Shown here in pieces: positions 23,973 to 33,581 of a DNA stretch of 64,000 nt. The notes under the pieces are model-generated. The model saw nothing but the letters and a program-made list of their open reading frames with translations, was not told the DNA's origin and made no database searches. The translations under genes were made by a program, and so were the position numbers. The stretch's first letter is position 1; every line of letters starts with the position of its first letter. Origin of the DNA: a virus (Duplodnaviria > Caudoviricetes); IMG/VR virus record IMGVR_UViG_3300022719_000071, positions 256,001-320,000 of that record. One strand, 5' to 3'.

Positions 23973-25505
23973 TCATTGCGTGTTGCTGCCTGGATCGAAC
24001 CCGGTAACGTGCATTAGGTCTTCCCCGTCAAATTGCGTTAACGGGTGATCTTCTATTGGTACACCATAACCCCCACGTGTACCTCTGCCGATCACGCTAG
24101 CGCTTGCGGTCAGAGGCTCTTCACGCATGCTCTGAAGAGCTTGTACTACGATCTTGTAGATCTTCTTCAAAAACTCCTGACGATATGCATCCGGATTGGT
24201 GGCGATGTGTGTAATTACCAGCATACGCAATACTACATCACGTATCTCTGGTGCACGCTTTTCGTAATCCGCATTTCCAATAGCACGAAACTCGATGTAA
24301 CCAGAAGGCAGTGTGGAAAAGTTGACGGAGTAGGACTTACCGTGTGGGTTGATTTTATCCAGTAGCTTGGTCATTCGTTGGAAGTCGCTTTGGTCAATAT
24401 GAACATGAGATATCAACTTTTGCGTGAACTTGACCAACACTCCAGTAGAATCTGATGATATCGTCTGTAGCTTGCCAGCACGATGAATGCGCTTCTTCAA
24501 TTCACGAAGAGTTGGCTCGGAGAACTCATTCATCTCACGACCGAACTTCTTCACGATGTGCTGGTCTCCGAGAAGAACCAGCATTTTCAGCGCATCAATT
24601 TGCTTGCCCTTGACTCCAATGTTGATGTGCAGTCCTGTATCCATTGTAGTAGCAACATTCAAACCTATGATCTTGCCATTCATGATTTGCAAGAAGTTCA
24701 TCAACTGGTCAACTCCCTCCTGAGCCTGGAAAATTGGAGAAATTGTTTCTACGCCAGCAGCACCGGATTTTGCAGTTTCATCAGCTAGAGATGCATCGTA
24801 TGTAACCGCCCAATTTTGATACTTTTGTGATAGTTCGTATGTTCTAGTTTCATCAGCAGTAGAAACCACATTGCCACTGACTTTTCCCTGAAGGTCTCTA
24901 GCAACCATGTGGTACAAAACATCTTGAGTAGCTATATTCATCGCAAGGTCATACTCCTCTTTCTCGAAGCCAACAGTAGACGTGGAAAACTCCAAATCGT
25001 TTAGCTTTCCGAACGGAGTAATCTCTTTCACATCACCATCATACACAATGTCCTCTAAAGCTTCTTCTTTGCGAGGATCAATGTTCAGGATTCTATCTTT
25101 AGGAAAAGCACGAAGCATTGCCATAAGCTGATGCATTCGATACTTCTCCTTCAAGGAATCCCAAATAGCAGCCGTAGACGTAAACGTTCCATCACCACCA
25201 GTCTCTTGTTCGTACAACTGAATTAGTCTTTCTTGAAGGATTTCGTGGTTGTCTTTTAGATTGTCGCTATCTACACTAAGAGGAACCCAAAAATGGAGCA
25301 GGTCTGAATAGGTTGTGTCACCGATTTTCCTAGTATGGTAATTTCCGTCCGGTGTTTGTCCCATGCCCTGAGTCAGATAGCTCTGAATAGCTTTCTGAGC
25401 CCCGATAAGGAAATACTCAGCCTCGAAGCCGAGTGTCATACCTGGGTCGTTTAGGGCTGCATTGATGAGCCTCTGACTGGCTTTTACGCCTTCGGTGATT
25501 TGCAT
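23973..25505 (-). CDS. Putative amidoligase-2 (phage COOH-NH2 ligase) protein
   Basis: GFEAEYF, DASL, GVETISP, TGLHINI, YSVNF, YIEFRAIG; start MQITEG after minus-strand TAAATA (25529-34). Confidence 0.75.
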   Translation of the reverse strand: MQITEGVKASQRLINAALNDPGMTLGFEAEYFLIGAQKAIQSYLTQGMGQTPDGNYHTRKIGDTTYSDLLHFWVPLSVDSDNLKDNHEILQERLIQLYEQETGGDGTFTSTAAIWDSLKEKYRMHQLMAMLRAFPKDRILNIDPRKEEALEDIVYDGDVKEITPFGKLNDLEFSTSTVGFEKEEYDLAMNIATQDVLYHMVARDLQGKVSGNVVSTADETRTYELSQKYQNWAVTYDASLADETAKSGAAGVETISPIFQAQEGVDQLMNFLQIMNGKIIGLNVATTMDTGLHINIGVKGKQIDALKMLVLLGDQHIVKKFGREMNEFSEPTLRELKKRIHRAGKLQTISSDSTGVLVKFTQKLISHVHIDQSDFQRMTKLLDKINPHGKSYSVNFSTLPSGYIEFRAIGNADYEKRAPEIRDVVLRMLVITHIATNPDAYRQEFLKKIYKIVVQALQSMREEPLTASASVIGRGTRGGYGVPIEDHPLTQFDGEDLMHVTGFDPGSNTQ

Positions 25506-25821
25506 GGGATATCCTCTTGACCTGTCAATATTTACTCCGTACATTGGAAGCACCATGAAATACAAATTCAAGTCGGTCCTGGTTGTATCCCATTCGAAAG
25601 ATGAGGAAACCTACCCCACGAGGAATGGGCGCATCTAACCAACGCTCAAGTTCAAGAGCTATATCAAGAAACCTATGATCGATGGAACTTTGAGACTGGA
25701 ACGAAAGACGACCTTATCTTGATGAAGAGACTGGAGTATGAGCTATATGGTCGTAACTACACGGTCGTTCAGCCAAAGCTTTGGCCGAAAAACTCAATGA
25801 GGAAGTCTTGAGGATGTTCAC

Positions 25822-26223
25822 ATGCCCAAAGAATTAATCTGGTCAGCAACCAAGAAAGACTTTCATGTGGACTGGTTCTCTGGAACTGGTGCCGGTGGCC
25901 AATATCGAAGTAAGCATCAGAACTGTTGTCGTATCACCCACATTGAATCCGGTCTGGTTGCTACCGGACAAGATCATCGTGACCGACCATCTAATCAAAG
26001 GGATGCATTCAACAAGCTGGCGGAAATGCTGGTTGATTACTATAAGCTACGTGACTCTAGGATACAAGTTGAGATTAGCAACGAAACTATTCGTACTTAC
26101 CATGAACCACGCAACGACGTGAAAGACCACGCTTCTAATCTTCGTCAAGAATACAAGTACGTGGTGGAAGCAGCAAATATTGGAGAGATGATCGAAGAAC
26201 GAATGAAGACTAGGGAGAAATAA
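25822..26223 (+). CDS. Stand-alone class I release-factor GGQ domain (peptidyl-tRNA hydrolase; ArfB/PrfH-like)
   Basis: FSGTGAGGQ...CRITHIESG...NQRDAF...TIRTYH. Confidence 0.85.
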   Translation: MPKELIWSATKKDFHVDWFSGTGAGGQYRSKHQNCCRITHIESGLVATGQDHRDRPSNQRDAFNKLAEMLVDYYKLRDSRIQVEISNETIRTYHEPRNDVKDHASNLRQEYKYVVEAANIGEMIEERMKTREK

Positions 26224-26252
26224 GAATCGGAGGCCGACGCTCAGTCTGAGCT

Positions 26253-26290
26253 AGAAGAAAGGGGGGGGGGCGTTACTCCCCTTTCTTCTT
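26253..26290. terminator. Hairpin terminator containing a G10 run
   Basis: AGAAGAAAGGGG/CCCCTTTCTTCT. Confidence 0.6.
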
Positions 26291-26346
26291 GAAAATACTC
26301 CAACACTCTGATATCCTTTGCTCTCGATAAGTGTTAAGGAGACATC

Positions 26347-26529
26347 ATGACCCTGAGTGAAAAGCCTGAGAAATATGTCATTCTGATGTACGACAAGGAG
26401 AGCAAGCGCCGAAAGAGGGTGGATGTTGCCGAGAGCGAGGATTCGGCTGCCTATCTCATGGCAGAGTACCAGCTTGCCTTTGGCAATGGCTCCGAGATTA
26501 CGTACCAGATTGCTCATCCACAGTCGTGA
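26347..26529 (+). CDS. Hypothetical protein
   Basis: AAGGAG SD; VDVAES...AYLMAEYQLAFG. Confidence 0.7.
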   Translation: MTLSEKPEKYVILMYDKESKRRKRVDVAESEDSAAYLMAEYQLAFGNGSEITYQIAHPQS

Positions 26530-26598
26530 TCTGGTTCGCATTCTGAGAGAAAATGCTTGACTGATATAGCATCTGTTGGTACAATGGCATCATTCAAT

Positions 26599-26832
26599 CG
26601 GAGACCACTCATGGCACTCGGAAACAAGACTGGCGTGACGACCGACGTGGACAGCATCACCAACAGCGCCGTGATGGCTTTGGATGCCGTGTTCCGTCGC
26701 AACAACATCCCGTTCGGTCACCGCCACGACGAGGCTCGTGAGATTCTGCGTGCCGTGGTCGCTTCAGTGGTTGCCGACGAGATTGCCGGTCAGGTAATCG
26801 AAGAGACCCGTGACGAGCGTGGTGTGGCATGA
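26599..26832 (+). CDS. Hypothetical protein
   Basis: GC-rich ORF. Confidence 0.5.
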   Translation, partial: RRPLMALGNKTGVTTDVDSITNSAVMALDAVFRRNNIPFGHRHDEAREILRAVVASVVADEIAGQVIEETRDERGVA

Positions 26833-26857
26833 TGATGCGTAGTCCATACACCAAAGG

Positions 26858-27091
26858 GTGAGGAATGATGATGAACGATTTCGTGGTTATCGCCGTGTAA
26901 ATCGTTCGGGTCGTTGGGATTGCAATGACCATGCGTTTGAAGCTCATGTAGATCCCATTGTGGACAACAAGCGTCCCGTGGACAAGGCTGTGCGTGAACT
27001 TATCGAGTGGGCAGACCGTCAGGCCAAAGAGAATGCGGACTGGCTGGAGAATGCTTACATTGGTGAGATGATCAAGGACGAACAACTTTAG
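26858..27091 (+). CDS. Hypothetical protein
   Basis: GC-rich ORF. Confidence 0.55.
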   Translation: MRNDDERFRGYRRVNRSGRWDCNDHAFEAHVDPIVDNKRPVDKAVRELIEWADRQAKENADWLENAYIGEMIKDEQL

Positions 27092-27602
27092 CGACGTGTC
27101 GCTTCCTGATGCACGTCTGCACTCCATCCTTTAGTGCGTCTTTAAAGTCAGGGTCAGCAAATGTAGTGAGAACACGAGCGTGCAACTTGACATTTCGTAA
27201 ATCCTGAGCACCAATCCAATCGGCTGACTCTACTTCATCGTGTGTGTCACCGTTAGCAGACGGAATGCACTCGAATTCTTGAGCCACGGTAAGAAGGAAA
27301 ATGTGATAGCCGCCCAATCCTCTTTTTGGTTCCTTTCCATAGACCGCCAAGGGATACAGGGACTTTTCGTCAATCCAAATACCACCTTCTTCTCCTAGCT
27401 CACGTCTAGCGCCTTGGCGAACATTCTCACCGTCATCCACACCGCCACCGAACCAATCGTGCTGTCCTGGGTCAGTGATGTTTGGCCCTCTTTTCTGAAG
27501 AAGAAATCGTCCCGTGGCTGGACAAAAGATGCAAACACCGGCACCTAGCTTCATGCCTTGCTTCTTCTCGGTAAGCGTGATAAATTCGTGGAGCTTGAGC
27601 AT
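27072..27602 (-). CDS. NUDIX hydrolase
   Basis: Nudix box GGGVDDGENVRQGARRELGEEGG; N-terminal MLKLHEFITLTE; TAAATA at 27608-13 (minus). Confidence 0.92.
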   Translation of the reverse strand: MLKLHEFITLTEKKQGMKLGAGVCIFCPATGRFLLQKRGPNITDPGQHDWFGGGVDDGENVRQGARRELGEEGGIWIDEKSLYPLAVYGKEPKRGLGGYHIFLLTVAQEFECIPSANGDTHDEVESADWIGAQDLRNVKLHARVLTTFADPDFKDALKDGVQTCIRKRHVAKVVRP

Positions 27603-27629
27603 GTTAATATTTACTTAGGAGCAAAATTC

Positions 27630-27929
27630 ATGTATGCAGATAAGTATGTAAACCAGAGCGGGGATATTCCCGAGGAGCCCCATTACATGATTCTCAAGTT
27701 CGAAAGCGTTCACATCCCCGGTGATGAACGCTCCAGAACACATCCTGGTCATGGCTACCCGGCTCACGCAGAAAGTGTTGTCAAGTGCGAAGTCTATAAC
27801 ACCGTCTAAACACTACAAGTGGCTGTGAAAGAACTGGAATCGACCGCTGGTCTCCGCAATGACTATCGAGTATTTCGTGTCACCCCGTTGAAGGTTCAAA
27901 CGGAAATCATGGTGAACTTCACTGAGTAG
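27630..27929 (+). pseudogene. Hypothetical gene interrupted by in-frame TAA (27807-09)
   Basis: Reading frame continues 39 sense codons past the stop (TLQVAVKELE...VNFTE*). Confidence 0.4.
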
Positions 27930-27971
27930 ACCTTGACAATGAATTCGGTTGTGACTATAAATACAGGAGAA

Positions 27972-28047
27972 GCGGGTGTAGCTCAGTTGGTAGAGCATTT
28001 CGTTGCCAACGAAAATGTCAGGGGTTCGAGTCCCCTTACCCGCTCCA
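27972..28047 (+). tRNA. tRNA-Gly(GCC)
   Basis: Canonical cloverleaf; TTGACA (27933) and TATAAATA (27956-63) upstream. Confidence 0.96.
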
Positions 28048-28056
28048 ATCATTCTT

Positions 28057-28953
28057 ATGAATGATATTATTCCATCTCCACAAGCCGAGATTGTTCGAGA
28101 AATCAAATTCGCTACCGGACACTCCAACGTGTCCTTTGTTGGTGACTCCTACGTTCTAGCATTTGAGATAAAGCAAGCTAAGCTCATCAAGGGCTTGAGG
28201 ATGTGCAAAGATGCATTTTCTCTCGACTTCGAGTCCTTTGAAAACCTTCCCATCTCTTTCTTAGTTTCAATCGGTGATGCAGCCCATCAATACTGGACAG
28301 TGAATCGCAGATTGCATCGGGCCGGTGGTCGTCCATCTTACGTTGCTTACGATCCGAAGACCAATCGAGGAATCAGGCGTTGGCATTGGAATGGAATGTT
28401 GCATCGAACCAATGGACCAGCCAAGGAAATGATTACCGGATTCAAAGTAGAAACTGTTCTCCCAACTATGGACCATCATTACAAAGAATCATGGGACAGC
28501 ATGAATTACGAGTGGTGGACCGAGGGGATGTCAGCAAAGTACCCATATCCACAATGCTGCACCATATCGAATGGATGGAGAATAAAGAGGAAGTCTGATA
28601 AGAGACTTGACTCTCCCCGTGAGGATTTGGCATCATTCGGTATGTCCATGTTGGATATGCGGTGGGACATCAGTAATCACGAGGACACTGATACTATACT
28701 GCCAATGCATCTCGAAGCTGGAGATCTGGTTGAATGGTTTCGTGCTGATGAATACCTTGATCGGACTGCTGCCTTCGTTGATATCACATGGTCACGGGGA
28801 GGGAAGAAGCTAGGGGACTTATCACAGCTTAATGAAGTTGTGAGTGAAAGACTAATCAAAGACCTTGGACTATGGAATGCGCCGTTCTACAAGGATGAAG
28901 AAGTGGAGTTCCTAGTGCTATCCGAATATAACAGACTGGAAGTTGAAACATGA
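28057..28953 (+). CDS. Hypothetical protein with LHRxxGPA repeats
   Basis: LHRAGGRPS, LHRTNGPA; C-terminal FYKDEEVEF. Confidence 0.7.
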   Translation: MNDIIPSPQAEIVREIKFATGHSNVSFVGDSYVLAFEIKQAKLIKGLRMCKDAFSLDFESFENLPISFLVSIGDAAHQYWTVNRRLHRAGGRPSYVAYDPKTNRGIRRWHWNGMLHRTNGPAKEMITGFKVETVLPTMDHHYKESWDSMNYEWWTEGMSAKYPYPQCCTISNGWRIKRKSDKRLDSPREDLASFGMSMLDMRWDISNHEDTDTILPMHLEAGDLVEWFRADEYLDRTAAFVDITWSRGGKKLGDLSQLNEVVSERLIKDLGLWNAPFYKDEEVEFLVLSEYNRLEVET

Positions 28954-29723
28954 TAAAAGATTGGATTGATATCATCAGAAGCGCAGACTACTTCAACCTT
29001 GTACCAAAGAACCAAAATATGATGCTTATCACCGACCCTCTGCACGGTGGAAGAGGCGCTGAAGGAGTAGGCACACTCGGAGTTGAAACAGAATACGATA
29101 AGGTGTTTTCTGTTGATAGTATCCCCGAGGAGTTCGAGGGGTTGCCACCCAAGTTCATTGCGATGACTAACGCACAGTCATTGGTAGACAACAACGATCT
29201 TCCGCATGCTGCCGATCCCGCTCCCGCACAGCGCTGTGGTAACGTAGCTTTTGTTTGGGGCACACCCACAAATCGATCTGAAATGACGAGAATCAATCGG
29301 ATTTTTTCGTTTGCAGACCGCATTTATCTTCATCGGGAGGATGGTTTCCCTGCTCTCATAGAAGCGGTTGGACTAGCCAAACATTACTATCACGGTAAGC
29401 TACACCGAAAGGGTCAGCATCCGGCAATCAAGGCTGACTATATTTTTGCTCACTGGTATTACAGTGGAAAGAACTTCCGCAACAATGGTCCAGCAGTGAT
29501 CTGCATCAAAGACTACAAAGAGTATTGGAACGATGGCGTTTTCATTGGCCATAAATGGAGTTCCATTAGTCCCTTCTGGAAATGCCGTGACTTGATAGGA
29601 CCAGCAGATGAGGATACCTTAAGTGTATTCTTGGAAAATATTAGAGGAAAGACAAACCTGTTCTCCAATACATACTTCACAGATCCGGAGGACGAGGTTG
29701 TATACATGACAGACTTTACATGA
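28950..29723 (+). CDS. Hypothetical protein with LHRxxGPA repeats
   Basis: LHREDGFPA, LHRKGQHPA, FRNNGPA; C-terminal YFTDPEDE. Confidence 0.7.
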   Translation: MIKDWIDIIRSADYFNLVPKNQNMMLITDPLHGGRGAEGVGTLGVETEYDKVFSVDSIPEEFEGLPPKFIAMTNAQSLVDNNDLPHAADPAPAQRCGNVAFVWGTPTNRSEMTRINRIFSFADRIYLHREDGFPALIEAVGLAKHYYHGKLHRKGQHPAIKADYIFAHWYYSGKNFRNNGPAVICIKDYKEYWNDGVFIGHKWSSISPFWKCRDLIGPADEDTLSVFLENIRGKTNLFSNTYFTDPEDEVVYMTDFT

Positions 29724-30781
29724 TTTACTCCTACCAAGACATACGCAAGGTACACTTAGAACCATCGACACGGTGCAACGCCGCTTGTCCAATGTGCCCG
29801 AGGTATGTCGATGGTGGTGCTGGATTGAACCAGCACATGCCGCTAACAGAACTGACTCTGAAGGATGTCCAAACCATCTTCCCCAAGTATTTCATTTGGA
29901 GATTGGATGTATTATACTCCTGTGGCAACTTTGGTGATCCGGCAGCATGCCGTGAACTTCTGGACATTTATGATTACTTCCGTACTGAGAACCCGACATT
30001 CCGTCTTGGATTATACACCAATGCATCTTTACGAACCAAGAACTGGTGGGCAGACCTAGCACGAACCATCAAGCGTCGTTCAAATTCACACGGCTGGGTG
30101 ACATTCAGCATCGACGGTCTAGAAGACACCAATCATCTGTATAGAGTTGGTACCAACTGGCAGAAGATCATGGAAAACGCTCAGTCATACATCGATGCTG
30201 GTGGCTATGCGGAATGGGAATTCATCGTATTCCAACACAATGAGCATCAGGTAGAAGAAGCACGTAAGCTGGCACACGAGATGGGTTTCAGGGATTTCAT
30301 AGTCAAGAAAACTCATCGATTTCAGACTCCTGAAATTGCGGTACGAAATCGTAAGGGTGAAACCACACATCATATTTCACCACCATCAACCAAAGACTAT
30401 CAGCATAAGTCGGTCAAGCAAACTAGTCATGTTCCAGTACAAACAGAATCAGTACAGATTGACTGCAAGGTCAAACCGCAGGGCAACATATTCGTATCCG
30501 CCAGTGGTCATGTATTTCCTTGTTGTTATCTGGCTTCCAATTGGTGGACTACACAAGATGAAATGACACCCCTTATCAATTCTGCCGGTGGACCTGATAG
30601 GATTGATGCCAAAAAGTATTCCATACAGGAGATAGTCGAGGGTCCGTTGTTCAGGAGCATCGAACAATCTTGGTTTAAGTATGAAATAAAACCTTGCGGT
30701 CGTCTTGCCACATGCACACAGGTATGTGGTTTGAAGCACCGTGTGACCAGAGTGTCAGAACTGAACCATGACCAAATATGA
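29720..30781 (+). CDS. Radical SAM protein with SPASM/twitch domain
   Basis: CNAACPMC (CxxxCxxC), GNFGDP, FSIDGL, VFPCC, CTQVCG. Confidence 0.93.
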   Translation: MIYSYQDIRKVHLEPSTRCNAACPMCPRYVDGGAGLNQHMPLTELTLKDVQTIFPKYFIWRLDVLYSCGNFGDPAACRELLDIYDYFRTENPTFRLGLYTNASLRTKNWWADLARTIKRRSNSHGWVTFSIDGLEDTNHLYRVGTNWQKIMENAQSYIDAGGYAEWEFIVFQHNEHQVEEARKLAHEMGFRDFIVKKTHRFQTPEIAVRNRKGETTHHISPPSTKDYQHKSVKQTSHVPVQTESVQIDCKVKPQGNIFVSASGHVFPCCYLASNWWTTQDEMTPLINSAGGPDRIDAKKYSIQEIVEGPLFRSIEQSWFKYEIKPCGRLATCTQVCGLKHRVTRVSELNHDQI

Positions 30782-31421
30782 CTTGTTTAACCCCATGAAC
30801 AGAGAATGGAGAATACGAGTCTCTAGAGATGCCAACGATTGGGACACCAGACACATCGGTGTGGCCACTGTCGATGAAGCATTCACGGCAGACAGCAAGA
30901 CAGAGATCGAATACTATTGCGAGCATATCTCTTTCAATCCCCTAGTTGATAGTCCAGTTTATATCAAAGGCTGCATGGATTTCTTACAAACGATCATGGA
31001 TAACGATGAGACGTTTGTTGAACCAGAAAAGTGGAGAGTTCGGCAAGTTGATATGACCGAAGATTCAATTGTCCGCAGATTCGTGGGTGTCCCTCTTCCA
31101 TACTTCTGGAAACTGTGGCGTCGTCCTCTTGAACCAAAAAATATCCAATTCGACCCGGTGTTTGATGGTTCGACTATGCTTAGGTTCTCCTACTACGAAG
31201 ATAATGATCCATTAATGTCTATGAAATTCACAATGTACATCGATTGGATGAATCTATTTGATGATATCAAAAAGCATAAATGTTATCATCTCCAGACCAT
31301 AATGCCTTGGATTCATAAACATTGCCGTGGCAGGTTGTATCTGTATTCTGATTATGATACCATCTTTGAAGATCCCGAGGATGAAGCTACCTACATAGCA
31401 GATCTGGAACTATGCAAGTAA
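30768..31421 (+). CDS. Hypothetical protein, paralog of 31412-32074
   Basis: Shared RRFxGxPL..F..LWR.P and WI..xCxGxLxLxSDYDTIFED. Confidence 0.7.
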   Translation: MTKYDLFNPMNREWRIRVSRDANDWDTRHIGVATVDEAFTADSKTEIEYYCEHISFNPLVDSPVYIKGCMDFLQTIMDNDETFVEPEKWRVRQVDMTEDSIVRRFVGVPLPYFWKLWRRPLEPKNIQFDPVFDGSTMLRFSYYEDNDPLMSMKFTMYIDWMNLFDDIKKHKCYHLQTIMPWIHKHCRGRLYLYSDYDTIFEDPEDEATYIADLELCK

Positions 31422-32074
31422 TACATCAAAAAGTTACTAGGAATAGGACTATCCGTGCCATACCAATAGCTGGAAACTATCCTGTGCGCAGGCCAGATGG
31501 CATCATTGAATGGGCAGAACCCAATGATGCCTGGAGCATCTACCACAACACTGGTGGGAACAGCCAAATCATTTGCAATATTAGACGGGACGATACTGAA
31601 CATTCCGCAGATCTGTTTCTGTATTCCAATCTAACTCTTTCTGACAAGAGAAAACCGAGCACCCAAAACACAGCCAAAAAAATCATTGAGGAAAATCGTC
31701 TGTCATTGGACCCGAATCGCAAGTGGTACATCAGGCAGTTCATGCAAATCGACCGCATTGCATGCCGTAGATTTACTGGCTTGCCTTTAGATTCCTTTTT
31801 CGATCTGTGGCGTGCACCAATCGATCCACAGGACATTCACATGACCATGATGGGAACTGGTCAGTTCAAGTTCTCATATCGACAGCATGAGTTCCCGGTG
31901 TACTTCGTATGGCCAGAGCTTCAGAAGGAGTATATGCTCACGCACAACACATCTCAAAGAGTGCTATCATGGATTCAACAATACTGTAAGGGAAAGCTAT
32001 TCCTATTCTCGGATTATGATACCATCTTCGAGGATGAGTACGACGAGTTCCTGTACATCACAGACAACTGTTGA
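31412..32074 (+). CDS. Hypothetical protein, paralog of 30768-31421
   Basis: As above. Confidence 0.7.
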   Translation: MQVIHQKVTRNRTIRAIPIAGNYPVRRPDGIIEWAEPNDAWSIYHNTGGNSQIICNIRRDDTEHSADLFLYSNLTLSDKRKPSTQNTAKKIIEENRLSLDPNRKWYIRQFMQIDRIACRRFTGLPLDSFFDLWRAPIDPQDIHMTMMGTGQFKFSYRQHEFPVYFVWPELQKEYMLTHNTSQRVLSWIQQYCKGKLFLFSDYDTIFEDEYDEFLYITDNC

Positions 32075-32128
32075 CAGAGTTGTTTTTTCCTGATAAAATT
32101 ACAATACGAATAACTGGGCTTGAATTTC

Positions 32129-32860
32129 ATGATCAACAACATCCTAGAATACGTGGTGACGACAGACGTGTATTACCAGCTTTGGATGGTGGCGCAGGCC
32201 ACCATCCCGGAGAAAGCTGCGCCTTTCAAGAGGGGTATTCGTCACAATAACGACAACTGGCACCCGGCACTGGTGGGCCAGTTCAACGACGTTCGTGATG
32301 TGCCCAGCACCATCGAGATCGAAAATGGCGAGCACCAACTTGACGGCGAAGCCCGATTCCACACCGGCAACAATAAGCCAACGCTGAAGGCTGACCGAAT
32401 CGAGATCGCCTGGGGCAGTAATAACATCAACACTCGTGCCAACGGTCCCTGCAAGATCGTGCTGTCAGGTGTCAAGTTCTGGCATCACCAAGGTGAGCTT
32501 CATCGTCGTCGTGGTGATGCCATCATCATCGAACAGGCCAAGTTCCAATGGAACACTCGAAACTCTGCTGGGCTGTACCGGGAGTTTGGCCCATATCAGA
32601 TCATCATCAGCCGTATCACCGGCAAGGCTCAGGTAAGCGGTACCGAGGGTAACTTGGTGAGCCACATTAAGGGCATGAGCTTCCGCAAGCTCCAGTCGTC
32701 CTGGGCAAACTCCAACGGAGTCAATCTCAGCGAAAGCCGGGTGAAGCAGATTCTCACCAATCACAACATCAAGGTGAACTATCTCCTAGCTGGTGAGTCC
32801 GTATTCGCAGACGAGGGCGAGGAGTTCATCTTCTGGAATGAGCTTGGTGGGGAGCTGTGA
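32129..32860 (+). CDS. Hypothetical protein with LHRxxG-type repeats
   Basis: GELHRRRGDA, TRANGPC, YREFGPY; TTGACA promoter at 32072. Confidence 0.7.
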   Translation: MINNILEYVVTTDVYYQLWMVAQATIPEKAAPFKRGIRHNNDNWHPALVGQFNDVRDVPSTIEIENGEHQLDGEARFHTGNNKPTLKADRIEIAWGSNNINTRANGPCKIVLSGVKFWHHQGELHRRRGDAIIIEQAKFQWNTRNSAGLYREFGPYQIIISRITGKAQVSGTEGNLVSHIKGMSFRKLQSSWANSNGVNLSESRVKQILTNHNIKVNYLLAGESVFADEGEEFIFWNELGGEL

Positions 32861-33237
32861 CAAACGAGTCGTTGGTGATAGAGTCACCAGAAGATGACGG
32901 GGAAATTCTGGGTTGGGTTAAAATACTAACCGATGACCAGCTTGAGGCCACCAAGCAGCACTACTACGATCTGTGGACCTGGGAGAGCGGTGACCCGAGT
33001 CATCGATTTCTCTATGAGGTTTTGGAGCACGAAAAGGAAAGGCGAACAACCCAGCATAGAAATCTGAACGAACATCTCAATCGTATGCTGGAATTCATAG
33101 AGAGTGGAGATTTGTCACATATTGATTTCAATGTTCTTGATATGGATGAAGACATACGTGGCATTGCCACGAAGAGATATTCGAAGAGAACAAGAAAATG
33201 CCAAGTGAGCAGTTCGAGAAAGACATCCGAGAACTGA
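32857..33237 (+). CDS. Hypothetical protein
   Basis: GTGA-coupled ORF. Confidence 0.5.
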   Translation: MTNESLVIESPEDDGEILGWVKILTDDQLEATKQHYYDLWTWESGDPSHRFLYEVLEHEKERRTTQHRNLNEHLNRMLEFIESGDLSHIDFNVLDMDEDIRGIATKRYSKRTRKCQVSSSRKTSEN

Positions 33238-33428
33238 TGAAAGTAACCTTCAGTAAGAAGGCTTTTATTGCCGTGTGTCGTACTTCCAGAGATGTCAACG
33301 ACCTCCATTGGGCTGTTGGATATGTTTACGATTACTGGAATTTCGTCCATCCTCACCCCCTGGCTCGTGAATATATGGAAGGAATCGAAGAGCTTATCGA
33401 GATTGCCAACAAACTTCCTACAGAATGA
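33198..33428 (+). CDS. Hypothetical protein
   Basis: Short ORF. Confidence 0.5.
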   Translation: MPSEQFEKDIRELMKVTFSKKAFIAVCRTSRDVNDLHWAVGYVYDYWNFVHPHPLAREYMEGIEELIEIANKLPTE

Positions 33429-33581
33429 GAACAAAAAAGAAGTCTAAAACTTAATGAAATCAACTAAAATAAGCTGAAGAGGGGAAACAGGCTGCCGGTC
33501 AAGACTATATGTAATCTCAATTCAATTGCGAAATAGATTTGATGCACTCGCTAAATACTTCAATGCTTTAGGAGTATTGAG

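Noticed and set aside
33474-33500. Hammerhead core (CTGAAGAG...GAAAC)
   Set aside because: No stem II base pairs are possible and no matching stems I/III were found.
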